Positions 12,592 to 22,900 of a stretch of DNA of 64,000 nt are shown in pieces (within the stretch, counting starts at the first letter, position 1; each line of letters opens with the position of its first letter). The notes under the pieces are model-generated. The model was given only the letters and a program-made list of their open reading frames with translations, had not been told where the DNA came from and made no database searches. Both the position numbers and the translations under genes were made by a program. The DNA comes from Octopus sinensis (taxonomy: Eukaryota). The DNA lies in contig NC_043007.1 of the NCBI RefSeq assembly GCF_006345805.1, forward strand, positions 28,396,001 through 28,460,000, given 5' to 3'.

Positions 12592-15030
12592 TCAGGACTG
12601 ATTTCGAAATTTTTCAATTTCACTCACCATAAAACTGATGGAGTCTGAAGGTTGCTTGTATGCCACATTCATTACCAACTCCTGAATAGAACAAAGAGAA
12701 AGAAAATTCATTTAATACAAAAACAGCTAAAGGAAACTGAAGTAATCATTCATTTCTCACAATTTATTAACATATGCATTGTGTACGTTCTACGAGTACA
12801 TGCGTGGTCACACAGTTTAGGAGTTCACAATCATCAGGTTCGCTGATTGATATCATCAAGTGACACCAGTGTCTTTAACCATAACTTGAGGAAGCTTTGT
12901 GAGTAAAATTGTGTAGAAGGAAACTGTTGGAAAACCAATGGATTGGTTGTAGTTGTATAACAAAGCTAGCTTGTCATACATCGTGTCAAATGATTCTTCC
13001 TGAGTATTACATAAAAGATACAAGTGTTAGTACCCAACCACTAACACTATAATTCAATCAAGAAGAAGTTCAGCTGATTGAACAACTGAATTTCCATCAT
13101 TAAAACCAATATAAGATTTATCATGTCATGGCTGTGTACTACAGAGTGGAAATGAGGAAAGCTTTCACTCCTCATGGCTTTCATTTTCAGCAGAAGTCAG
13201 GGAGAGAAGAATAAGCTCAATGAGGTTTACTTGCTTCCAAAAGAATGTGGAACTTGTTATTATGTGATAGGTTCCAAATACTGGACTGTTGGGTGGAGCA
13301 TTATTCATTCCATAATGACACACCTGAGAGAAGGTGGCCCTCAAGCCATTCAACATTAGGGAGGCTGAAGTCCTCCAGAAGTGTGTGCAGGCTGTTATCC
13401 AGGTTGGTTAATACTTCTTTCATTTTCTGGGGTCTCTCTTCAAATGAGTCCCCATGGTTTGGAGCATCTGGTGGGCGATATGTAGTACATATTACTATTT
13501 TCATCTGTTTAAAGTGTACCATCAGTTTGAGTGTGACAGTAGGACCACAGGCGTGACATCTTCCCAGGTGTACATTGCTACTCCACCATGAGTTCTTTCT
13601 CTCCTATCAGTTCAAAACACTACATACTTCGGTATGTGTATCTGAGCATCTGATACGTCCATGTTCAGATGTGTTTCTGTTAGTGCCATGCATAATACTT
13701 GATTGCATGTCACTAAGTCTCTCATTTACTGGGTTTTGCATTGGTGAGACATTATGAGGGCTCCTGCAGTCCAGAAGGAATACTGGTGTGACATACAGGG
13801 TGCCAGGAGTGGCCACTGTCCTGACATGTACAGGTGTGTTAGAGGCAGCCGTCCTGGATCCTTTATTGTTTGAAGTGGTCTTAAGTGCTGGTATGTGTTT
13901 CTTAGACTTGCTGTCTATTGAAGCCATGTCAGCTGCCTTACAATCCTCTATGCAACCTCCAGCAAAGCTCATTGTTCAGCAGCTGCTGTCTGGACTACAT
14001 CCACGGTTTATTTCCTCTTAGGAGCAGTGCATGTGCCATCCAAACATTCCCATGGTGGTGGCATTGCATCTTCTGCCCTGACCCTGTGTTGTTAGAGGCC
14101 ATTCTCCGTGGTCTTCAGGTGAGTGAAACAAGTATTGCTCACATAGGATTTGGGATGAGCAAATCTACAGCCTATCCCAATGTCCCCATGCCAGCAGGCA
14201 CTTTCTATTCCCCTTTCAGTGAATCCATAAATTGGTGCATTATAAACATAAAAAAGTTATTGGTCCATTGACAGTTTTGGTTGAAGGCTATTCTGTAGAA
14301 TAAAGACAGTTAAGCTTTATTTGTAATAAACAAAAACTATTTTGATAGATTTAGGATTTGGTAAAATTCTAGAATGGAGAGTTACATTTATAATTTGTTT
14401 TCTAGGGAGTGTTTGAAATAATATGAATGCAAAAAGAAAATACCCACACACATATACAGACATGCAAAGACACACACAGACTAACATAGACACAAACAGA
14501 ATTAACATATGGCAAAGTAGGGTTTTCCATTAACAAGTAAAATCTTTTGGATGCAATTCATGGTTTCTATCGACCCGGTTTCATTGACATGACTTGATTC
14601 TATGGTAAATAAGATGTTACACCAGAATTGAACTTAACTTTGTGAAACAAGCATCTTAAACACTCAATTAAACGCGTGGGCGCGCTTGCAGAAATATTTT
14701 TAAAAAGCCAGAAATACAGACAGAGAATGAGGTGGGGTGGGAAAAACACCTCACCTGAAAAAGCGAGAACAAATTATGCTTATATAAATATCTGTTGGCT
14801 TTTTCAAACGGATTTTCTGTCGTGGGAACGGTGTTGCGGACGTAAGTTGATTTAGCAGCGCTATCATTGCTCGACATCTGTATTAATCTGTCAACAGATT
14901 CGATCCCTTGTCCTCCTACACTACTGCTAGTTTCTGTTCTATTTATGGACCATGTTTTGTCGTTATCAGCTCCGTGTTGCAGTGTCTCTGCATCACAAGA
15001 AGACTGCTTCAAGTCACCTTCGTCAGCCAT
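12592..15030 (-). CDS. TEX55: TEX55/C3orf30-like protein with a C-terminal RIIa/Dpy-30-type dimerization-docking domain; 2 exons, 121 aa
   Basis: Exon 1 14755-15030 (MADEG...ENPFEKANRYLYKHNLFSLFQ, donor GTGAGG) and exon 2 12592-12681 (acceptor ttctattcag; ELVMNVAYKQPSDSISFMVSEIEKFRNQS*). The pattern PFE-A-Y-KH-(I/L)F-FQ...(P-D-x-x-FM) resembles the TEX55 C-terminus as I recall it. AATAAA at 12344-12339. An upstream in-frame ATG at 15108 would add 26 hydrophobic residues. Confidence 0.7.
13170..14260 (-). mobile_element. CR1/L2-like LINE 5' portion (ORF1 remnants + endonuclease)
   Basis: ICTTYRPPDAP...LEDFSLPNVEW (degenerate YRPP and GDFNLP-I-W motifs) at 13301-13522. Confidence 0.6.
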
Positions 15031-15035
15031 GTTTG

Positions 15036-15084
15036 GGTAACCTAGCAACAGTAATGTAATCAATAAAAGCGTTTCCTTGGTAAC
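15036..15084. promoter_or_regulatory. Tandem RFX X-boxes just upstream of the TEX55-like start codon
   Basis: GTTTCC-TT-GGTAAC (15071-15084) matches GTYNCY-N0-3-RGNAAC perfectly; GTAACC-T-AGCAAC (15037-15049) has one mismatch. Confidence 0.65.
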
Positions 15085-15267
15085 GTAAACAATAACAAAG
15101 ATCAACATGGTAGAAATAGCAGTTAGATCTCCCTCAAATCACACCATACAGTCTTAAAAAAGGGAAAGGCACACTGGATATTGTAGAACCCGATGCATTC
15201 TAAGGTGATATAAAATGTAAACATCGCGGGCCGAGGTTCGAGACTAGCGCATGCCATTTATAGTGAA

Positions 15268-15313
15268 CTAGACTACTAGTGGCCCGTTGGGTCACCGGGA
15301 AAGTCCGAGTTTC
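15268..15313 (-). mobile_element. Helitron-like 3' terminus, copy 1
   Basis: Minus strand GTGACCCAACGGGCCAC hairpin, 7-nt spacer, CTAG|T. Confidence 0.55.
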
Positions 15314-15849
15314 CCAGCAACAGAGTTTTGTTTCGTGTTTTTTTTTTTCCTTTTCCATGTTATTTTGCATGCTTTCAACGGACGTGACATCAAAATCAAG
15401 CGTAAGCAGTTCCTTTCCCCAGAAAAAGGAAATATTTGGCTGCTATTTCTTGCACGCCCTGCTACCACGTAACAGGCATTTCGGGTCCTTTATCGCAAAT
15501 AGCTGTTACATGGTAGCAGGGAGTGCTGGAAATAGCAACCAAATCTTTGGAAGTGAGATATGTTGAATGTACTCGAAATAAGCATACAGAAAAAAGTTAT
15601 TTCACACTGAGGTTACGAACGTATCTTAAAAATTAATTTTAAGATCTGTGATTGAGATGGAATAAATCCCCGGATCTTTTACGAAATATTTATGCCAAAA
15701 AGAATTTTTGTAATGGTATTCACTTGAAAATAATTTTAAAAACCATTAAAATATTGTCAGTTTAAAGAAAGCTAAATATTAATACTTATTGTATAAACAA
15801 CTCACATTTTTGAAATCCCATTCACTTAAAAATATTTCTAAATGATACA

Positions 15850-16225
15850 TTGAAACCCCGATGTCTGGCAGCTGACTTGGCAGACACCTATAAAATTATT
15901 AACCATCTTACAAATAATAACTCTGAGCACCTTTTCAAACAACACCTGTCTAACACCCATGGACATGTTTACAAAGTCAGAAAACAGCACAGCTCCCATG
16001 ACTTTAGGAAACATTTTTTCACGCTAAGAGTTGCTCAAGTATGGAACAAACTGCCGGCATCAGTTGTTAGTTGCCGGAGCACTGCATCCTTCAAAACTTC
16101 CATGCTTCCTGAGATTCGCCAACACTACACCTGATTTTCTTCCCTCCATACACACGCAAGCATGTATCTGACTCTGACAAGTTGTGGTGCACCTGAGCAC
16201 TGTATACAATAATTTCATTATTATT
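15850..16225 (+). mobile_element. CR1 LINE 3' end (5'-truncated)
   Basis: DLADTYKIIN...GHVYKVRKQ...RKHFFTLRVAQVWNKLP, plus 3'UTR and an (ATT)n-like tail. Confidence 0.85.
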
Positions 16226-16546
16226 TAAAATATTATATTTCAGAAAAGCGAAAATAGAAACATTTTTTGTTATCAAGTCATTGTATAATCGAAAGGGATG
16301 AGTTGCTTCCCTTCCAGGATCAAGTTAATATCGGAGACTTTTACCATTATGTACCGTTTTGGGTATTTATACTCCGGAAACCCTTACTATCTTCACAACC
16401 ACTTATCCAATTTACGCGAAATTTGTTTCATTCTGCTCGTATTTACATTTCAGGGAAATAATTCATAGTATTTTCCCATTATGCGCCAGTTTGTCTGAGT
16501 AACATTACAAGCAAGTAGGCATGATTCATTCTGACTTAATATATTA

Positions 16547-16592
16547 CTAGATTATCTGTGACCTGTTGGGTCACTGGGGAACTCTGAGTTTC
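16547..16592 (-). mobile_element. Helitron-like 3' terminus, copy 2
   Basis: Minus strand GTGACC-CAACA-GGTCAC hairpin, 7-nt spacer, CTAG|T; about 26/30 identical to copy 1 over the shared motif. Confidence 0.6.
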
Positions 16593-16639
16593 ATACTTTA
16601 TTTTTTGTCACAAGTTGGTGATCCCTTGTGATGCAAAGT

Positions 16640-17660
16640 GAGAATATTCAGCAATCAGTTCACTACCCCAATGCCACAATTTGTGAGAATGTGATCAACA
16701 AAATCTAACTGATAATGATTTCATGTGGTAAAGGTTCTAGCAAGGATTTCATCGTTTGATATGCTTCTTTCTGAGCCTAACCATCAGTGTACCTTGATTA
16801 CTTGACAGAAAGCTTGGAGAGACCGTTGAGAGACAACAAGATGGCAAACAGATGTGGACAGCTGACCCATGCTGGTAACAACCACAATGAATGATCAGTA
16901 ACAATATTCAGCAGCTAACTTTTTGACCACTACTACAATTACACCGAGAAGTGTTCAAACAACCATAACATTTTGTGATTTGCAGTAAATGATATTCATG
17001 TGCAAATACACCTATTCAAATGCAACTACTGATCCACTGGTAGATATGACACCAACTCAGTGGTGTCCATGTATATGACTATTTATGAGTCACTCACTCA
17101 TTCACTCAGTTGCACAATTAGCTGCACTCATCTGGTTCACACACATACATGTGTTCTCTTCAAACTTCTTTCCAAGTGTTTTTGCAATATTACTAACATT
17201 TAACCAGCATTTTTAGTCTTGCAGTTCCCCTCTTCTAATACACATTCCTTTATGCATTTCACATCTGCAGTTCCTGCACTAATCTCATTTTGTTCAATTC
17301 ATTGTGAAAGGAAATTTCGGTGACAGGAGAGTTATGCAGTGGGCATATTCAGCAGTCAGATCACCCAGTGTCACAATTTGTGAGAATATTACCCACATGA
17401 TCAACAAAATCTGACTGACCAATCATGACTTCGTGTAGAAAAGGCTCCAGCAAGGATTTTATCTTTTGGAATGCTTCTTGCTGAGCTTAACCATCAGTAT
17501 AAATTCAGTGCACCTTGACTTCTTGACAGAGAGCATTGAGAGACAGCAAAAAGACAAGGAGAGCTGCTGACCCAAGCTGACAACAACCACAATGAATAAT
17601 TGGTGACAGCAACACAACAACCAGCAAACTTCTTGACAATTGCTGCAGTTCTTTTAGAAC
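16640..17660. repeat. Diverged direct repeat pair (~320 bp each; ~16640-16960 and ~17340-17660)
   Basis: Colinear shared blocks: atattcagca.tcag, cacaatttgtgagaat, tgatcaacaaaatct, cagcaaggattt, taaccatcagt, gctgaccca.gctg, acaaccacaatgaat. Confidence 0.7.
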
Positions 17661-17699
17661 AACATTCAAACTCTCTCAACATTTTGTCAGTTATAGCAA

Positions 17700-18125
17700 T
17701 GACAGGCATCCATGCTAGTGGAGTGCTGAGAGCATCATCCAAGCGAGTTGCCAGAGCAGCTGACTGGCTTCCAATCGGGTGGCACGTAAAAGCACCGTTC
17801 GAGCATGATCATTACCAGTGTCGCTTTATTGGCACATGAAAAAATATTTGAGTGAGGTCATTGCCAGTGCTGCTGGACTGGCTCCTGTGCAGGTGGCACG
17901 TAAAAAGCACCATTTGAGCATGATCGTTACCAGTACCGCCTGACTGGCCCTCGTGCCAGTGGCACATAAAAGCACCCACTACACTCTTGGAGTGGTTGGT
18001 GTTAGGAAGGGCATCCAGCTGTAGAAAGTCTGCCAGATCAGATTGGAACTTGGTGCAGCCATCTGGTTCGCCAGTCCTCAGTCAAATCGTCCAACCCATG
18101 CCAGCATGGAAAGCGGATGATGATG
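17700..18125 (+). mobile_element. RTE LINE 3'UTR fragment ending in (GAT)n
   Basis: ttaggaagggcatccagctgtagaa...ccaacccatgccagcatggaaagcggatgatgatg, the same 3' end that follows RTE coding sequence elsewhere in the window. Confidence 0.75.
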
Positions 18126-19473
18126 AAAAAAAATTGTTTATCATAATGTCAACAGCCTTCTGTATTCTTCATACAAATGCACAATTTCCAGTAGTTTGCA
18201 GACTTCTCCTCTATGCTTGTTGGTTTACAGAAGACATCACAGCAAAAATTATATAATCTTCTCAAAGTCCTCAATATTATGTTCAGTTAGAATTTTAAGG
18301 GAATACATTAACTAAACAGGAAAATATTGATTCCATAGTGAAAGAAGGTGATGATTCAGTGTGCCACTACCTTAGCCAAGAGTGTTAAAGACATTTTCTT
18401 AACTGACAACATCATAAAAAATCTGCACCAGCAATCTATAGGATACCTATCTCTGCTGAAACAGACAGACTGAAATTGCTGGCCTTGTGCCAAAATTTGA
18501 CACAAACATTACTTAATGGGTAATTATTAAGGATTTTCTAACTCCTGTTTTTGCAAGTGTGGTGCAGTCATTTCACTGAGGAAAACACCCTTTTAACATC
18601 TTCTTTTATGTGATGGCAGGAGTTAGACCAAATTTGGGACAGATTTTCTCTATCTAGATGCACTTCCTGTCACCAACTTTCACCTGTTTTCAAGTAAGAT
18701 AATGTTTCAATTGATTAGACATCTTTTCACACACAGATAAATGTCACCAAGAGAACACACACACACTCACATACATGTATATATTTCTGTTTTTCTCAGT
18801 TTCTACAAAACCCATTCACAAAGCTTTGGTTGACCCCCACCCCAGGGTTATAAGACTCTTGCTCTAGGTGTTGTGCAGTGGGACTGAATCCAAAACATGT
18901 TTATGGAGTGAAATACTGAGATACAATTATTTCTAGATTTCTTAATGCTTCCTACATGAAATATGATAACAGAAATATGTTATTAACAGACTTGTCTGTC
19001 TGTTAGTAATGTCATATGTTTCGTTACTTCAACCCCCAGTATAACCCCCCCCCCCGTTCTTTATTTAATCAATCTCAGAAGGACAGGAGGCTTATAGTGT
19101 TGCAATTGCTTAGCACTAGGTCAGCTGAGATAGAACAGACTTATTTTCGAAGTTGTTCTGGCTTTGCCTACCCTGTCATTTGTGACATTCCCTTTTTAAG
19201 ATGGTGCACTTTATTTTGAAAGAGATTTAAGGTCAAACAACCCACATGGTGATGCTGATGACAGCTGTTGGAAGAAGGTGACTCTACTTAAGACCTATAT
19301 TCTATTGGTTAAAACTGCGGAATTTGAAATTGAACCAAACTGTTTATGGAGATATTTCTTAGTTATACACTCTGTCACTGCTCATGTGCACACACACACA
19401 CACACACTTATAAACAACAACAAAAATATTTACTTTTAAACACTACCTTAATTTTTCATGAATGTAATAAACT

Positions 19474-19479
19474 TTTATT
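19474..19479 (-). terminator. Candidate poly(A) signal (AATAAA) for SelL
   Basis: First minus-strand AATAAA I found downstream of the SECIS, about 500 nt after the stop codon. Confidence 0.4.
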
Positions 19480-19898
19480 AAAACAAGCAAATTAAAAAAA
19501 TAAAAATTTGAAGGACTAAATGTAGCAGTTGTAGTTAGCAGCCCTTTATGCAGTGGCAGACTGAGAGTAATAAGGGTCCTCAGGCATAACTGTTCACCAA
19601 GCCCCTTAGCATTGATATCAAAGAGAGTTAACAAGTAGAATGTGGAGCCCTTAGCATTGATATCAAAGAGAGTTAACATGTAGAGTGTGGGCCCTCAGGC
19701 AGTGCCCAATTGACCAACAGCTCAGTCCACCCCTGCTTCTATGTGCATTCAGGAATTCATTTAGAAATAAAAGACATCTGTATTATCAAAATCGATAGTG
19801 TTACCATTGATGATGGTCATGATGTTAACATCCGGTAAAAATAATTACAAATATAGTTGTTAATGTATATAATAAACAAATTAACAATGATCAACTTC

Positions 19899-19977
19899 AA
19901 GACATGCGTTGAGATTTCCAGCCCAAGGTTTCAATGTTAGTGCTTTCATCTGGGGCCTTCATAGATACCACATGCTT
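19899..19977 (-). promoter_or_regulatory. SECIS element candidate (Sec insertion sequence) in the SelL 3'UTR
   Basis: mRNA reads AAGCAUGUG-GUAUCU-AUGAA-GGCCCCAGAUG-AAA-GCACUAACAUUGAAA-CCUUGGGCU-GGAA-AUCUCAA-CGCAUGUCUU. Helix I is 9 bp with one bulge; core AUGA(19962-19959)/GA(19918-19917); 11 nt from AUGAN to the apical AAA; GGCCC/GGGCU helix II. Folded by eye only. Confidence 0.75.
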
Positions 19978-19981
19978 CGTT

Positions 19982-19996
19982 TTACACAGGAAAATT
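19982..19996 (-). CDS. SELENOL: SelL terminal coding exon 10 (NFPV*), followed by the SECIS-bearing 3'UTR
   Basis: Acceptor gatatttcag at 19998-19997, then AAT TTT CCT GTG TAA, directly followed by the SECIS candidate. Confidence 0.72.
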   Translation of the reverse strand, partial: NFPV

Positions 19997-22900
19997 CTGA
20001 AATATCATAAAATATTTAGACTTAATAAGTAATTAATGGCTACCAAAGCAGGATTAATACCAAAAAGAAATCTAGATTTCCAACTTAAAATGGATTTTGT
20101 GTTAAAAGATGGAATACTGTGTTAACTTTGAGATGACCTTTCATATGGACTCGTGGTATATTGAAGCACTTGTTACAGCCCCCAGAACTGCAAGATCCTG
20201 TGATTTCCCCCTAATACGGGTTCCTCAGTGACGTGCCTGAATAGACACCGAAATTGTTGACAAGAAATTTGGCTGATATTGGTGCTGCTGGACATTTGTC
20301 ACTGAGGAACCAAAAGCAGGATGAAATGAGGTGATTGGGCAGTTCCAGCAGTCATAGCAGACGATTCTTGTCGGTCAGCAATATCATTACGAGTACTTTT
20401 ATACACCATGAGTCCTGATGGGAGATACTCTCAAGGTAAATAAAGCAGAATTCTGTATTCCAATGCAGCTTCCATGTCAAGTTGGTGATCAAGATTATCT
20501 ATTTAGACTTAATGTTTCATTTTATCAATGTAGTTCCTAAATGTTGCAATATCAAAGAGCTGATTGGTAAAAGAGGGATGATTTTGGTGAAATATTGATG
20601 TTTCACTCCGATTGAGTGACAGGCTGTTTCTGTTTCACTTAGATCAATGTAAGAGCTTAAAGACACATCGATGGAAAGTGCAATAATTTAGACATTATTT
20701 CACAAAACACACTAGTGTCTCTTGTGAATGTATTATGAGACTCTCAAGGTGGGCATTTGTGCATAAACAGAATCACAAATGTATTCAGTATTAATCTACA
20801 TTTCTACACATTGACTCCATTAAAAAGAGGAAGAAAACAACCAAAGCTTGCAAGTTGAATTGAAATGAGAAAAGACCTCATTCATGTGTACGTGCACACA
20901 CACAAACACACAAACACACACAAGTTGTCTCACTTCATATTTGTTATTTTTATATCTACAGTGTTTTCTATGTGCCTGTACGTACGAGTGTTTTGGCATT
21001 TTCAATAAAGAGTATCTTCTTTGGAACTGTTGAAACTCAAGAGAAAGAGATGAAGAGAGAAAAGGTTGAAGGGGGGGGGCTTACTACACTTTCAGTAAAT
21101 GAAATCTTACAGATTTTCAAAGAAGGCAAATATTCAACATCTCTGCATTTAATTTAGAAAGATTCTCCTCTCCATTAACAGCCCTTTGAAGGAAACAGTT
21201 GTAATAATATTGAAGAATGCTTACAAACATCTCATATAGAATCTTTCTGCTAAAGCAGCAAATGAGGAAACTATTATCTTCTGTCTACCACAAAACAGTA
21301 GCCACTTGGGTCTACATTCAGGACATGATCAATGGAGAAATCATACTCAATCATACCATTTATATGAATTATGTAGATGACAGCTTCTTTGTGACAGATA
21401 CACAAAAAACAAGTTGATACAGTCACTGGAAGCTTAAGAGATATCTCTTATACACTTTAAAATCTTACTTATTCAGTCAATGTAACACTAAAATACTAAT
21501 CTACATACATGAAGATGATCATTATCAACACAACGGTTAAATCCCAATTATATAATACACACACACACAATTTATGCTTGAAAGAAATTAATTAATAGGC
21601 AAAAACAGACATTAGTTAATAATCAAATACTTTCAATCACTGAATAATTTAACTCTAACTAGAAAATTAAACAACAAAGAGACCTTAATACTTCTTTTAA
21701 ACACATTTAGTGTATTAGATGAACTAAATCAATCCTAACTATAAAAATAGCTCACCAAACAGAATTCCATTGTAAATTATCATTAATAATGATATATAAA
21801 GTATGAACTTTTAAAAATCAGCAAGGCACTGCAAGTCAATAAACTGCCAAAGAATGATGGATACAATTTACTAATATTTATAAAGCTCATGACATTGTTT
21901 CTTTAGACTTAAAAGATACAAGACACTCTCAGTGACTGAGCTGTAAATGTTAGCTACAACTGTACCACTATAACACAAGAAACCAAAATTGCAGAGAAAG
22001 GGAACAATATTCGGGTAGAGAGAGAGAGTGTGTGTGTGTGAAAGATAGAACTTAAATTTGCTTCAAAAAGGCTGTTGTTGAGTCTATCAATGTGATCATT
22101 ATAGTAGGTTTCTGTTGAAAGATCTATTTTGTCTTGACGAGGTTGTTATTCAGCAGCATAGCAATAGGTAACGACTAGTATTCTGTGAATTCTTATTAAT
22201 AACAACAAACAGAAGATGATTAGTATAAAGAAACACCAGAAATTTATTGTTCCAGACAAAACATGGATTATTTAAAAGGAAAGTAAAAACTGGAGAATAG
22301 CCATCATCATCATCATCATCATCATTTAATGTCCGCTTTCCATGCTAGCATGGGTTGGACGGTTCAACTGGGGTCTGGGGAGCCCGAAAGCTGCACCAGT
22401 CCAGTCAGATCTGGCAGTGTTTCTACAGCTGGATGCCCTTCCTAACGCCAACCACTCCGAGAGTGTAGTGGGTGATTTTATGTGCCACCGACACAGGTGC
22501 CAGACGAGGCTGACAAACGGCCACGCTCGGATGGCGTTTTTTATGTGCCACCGACACAGGTGCCAGACGAGGCTGGCAGACGGCCACGCTCGGATGGTGT
22601 TTTTTATGTGCCACCGACACAGGTGCCAGACGAGGCTGGCAGACGGCCACGCTCGCCTCCCCAACAAACACATAAAAGATGTGTGTATGTACATACACAC
22701 ATCTGCTAAATTATGTGTGGGTGGATGTGTTTGAGTATCGAAACAGGAGAAAAATCACTCAAATATAGATTATTCTGTCAGACTCATCTTTTTTGTTGTT
22801 TCTGAAGGATTCCATATGGGGAGAAACTAAACGGTACCAGAATAGATCATCAGATTCAAATCAATGGACATCTCTTAATTAGTAATAGCTAGAAGAAAAA

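Noticed and set aside
15225-15250. tRNA gene suggested by GGTTCGAGACT (B-box-like)
   Set aside because: No convincing A-box or cloverleaf; likewise, the tRNA-like heads elsewhere belong to SINEs.
19720-19760. Second SECIS (AUGAA-UUCCUGAAUGC...); also an AUGAA near 20520
   Set aside because: The first lacks apical AA at the canonical distance and pairs poorly next to the core; the second has a broken helix and is intronic.
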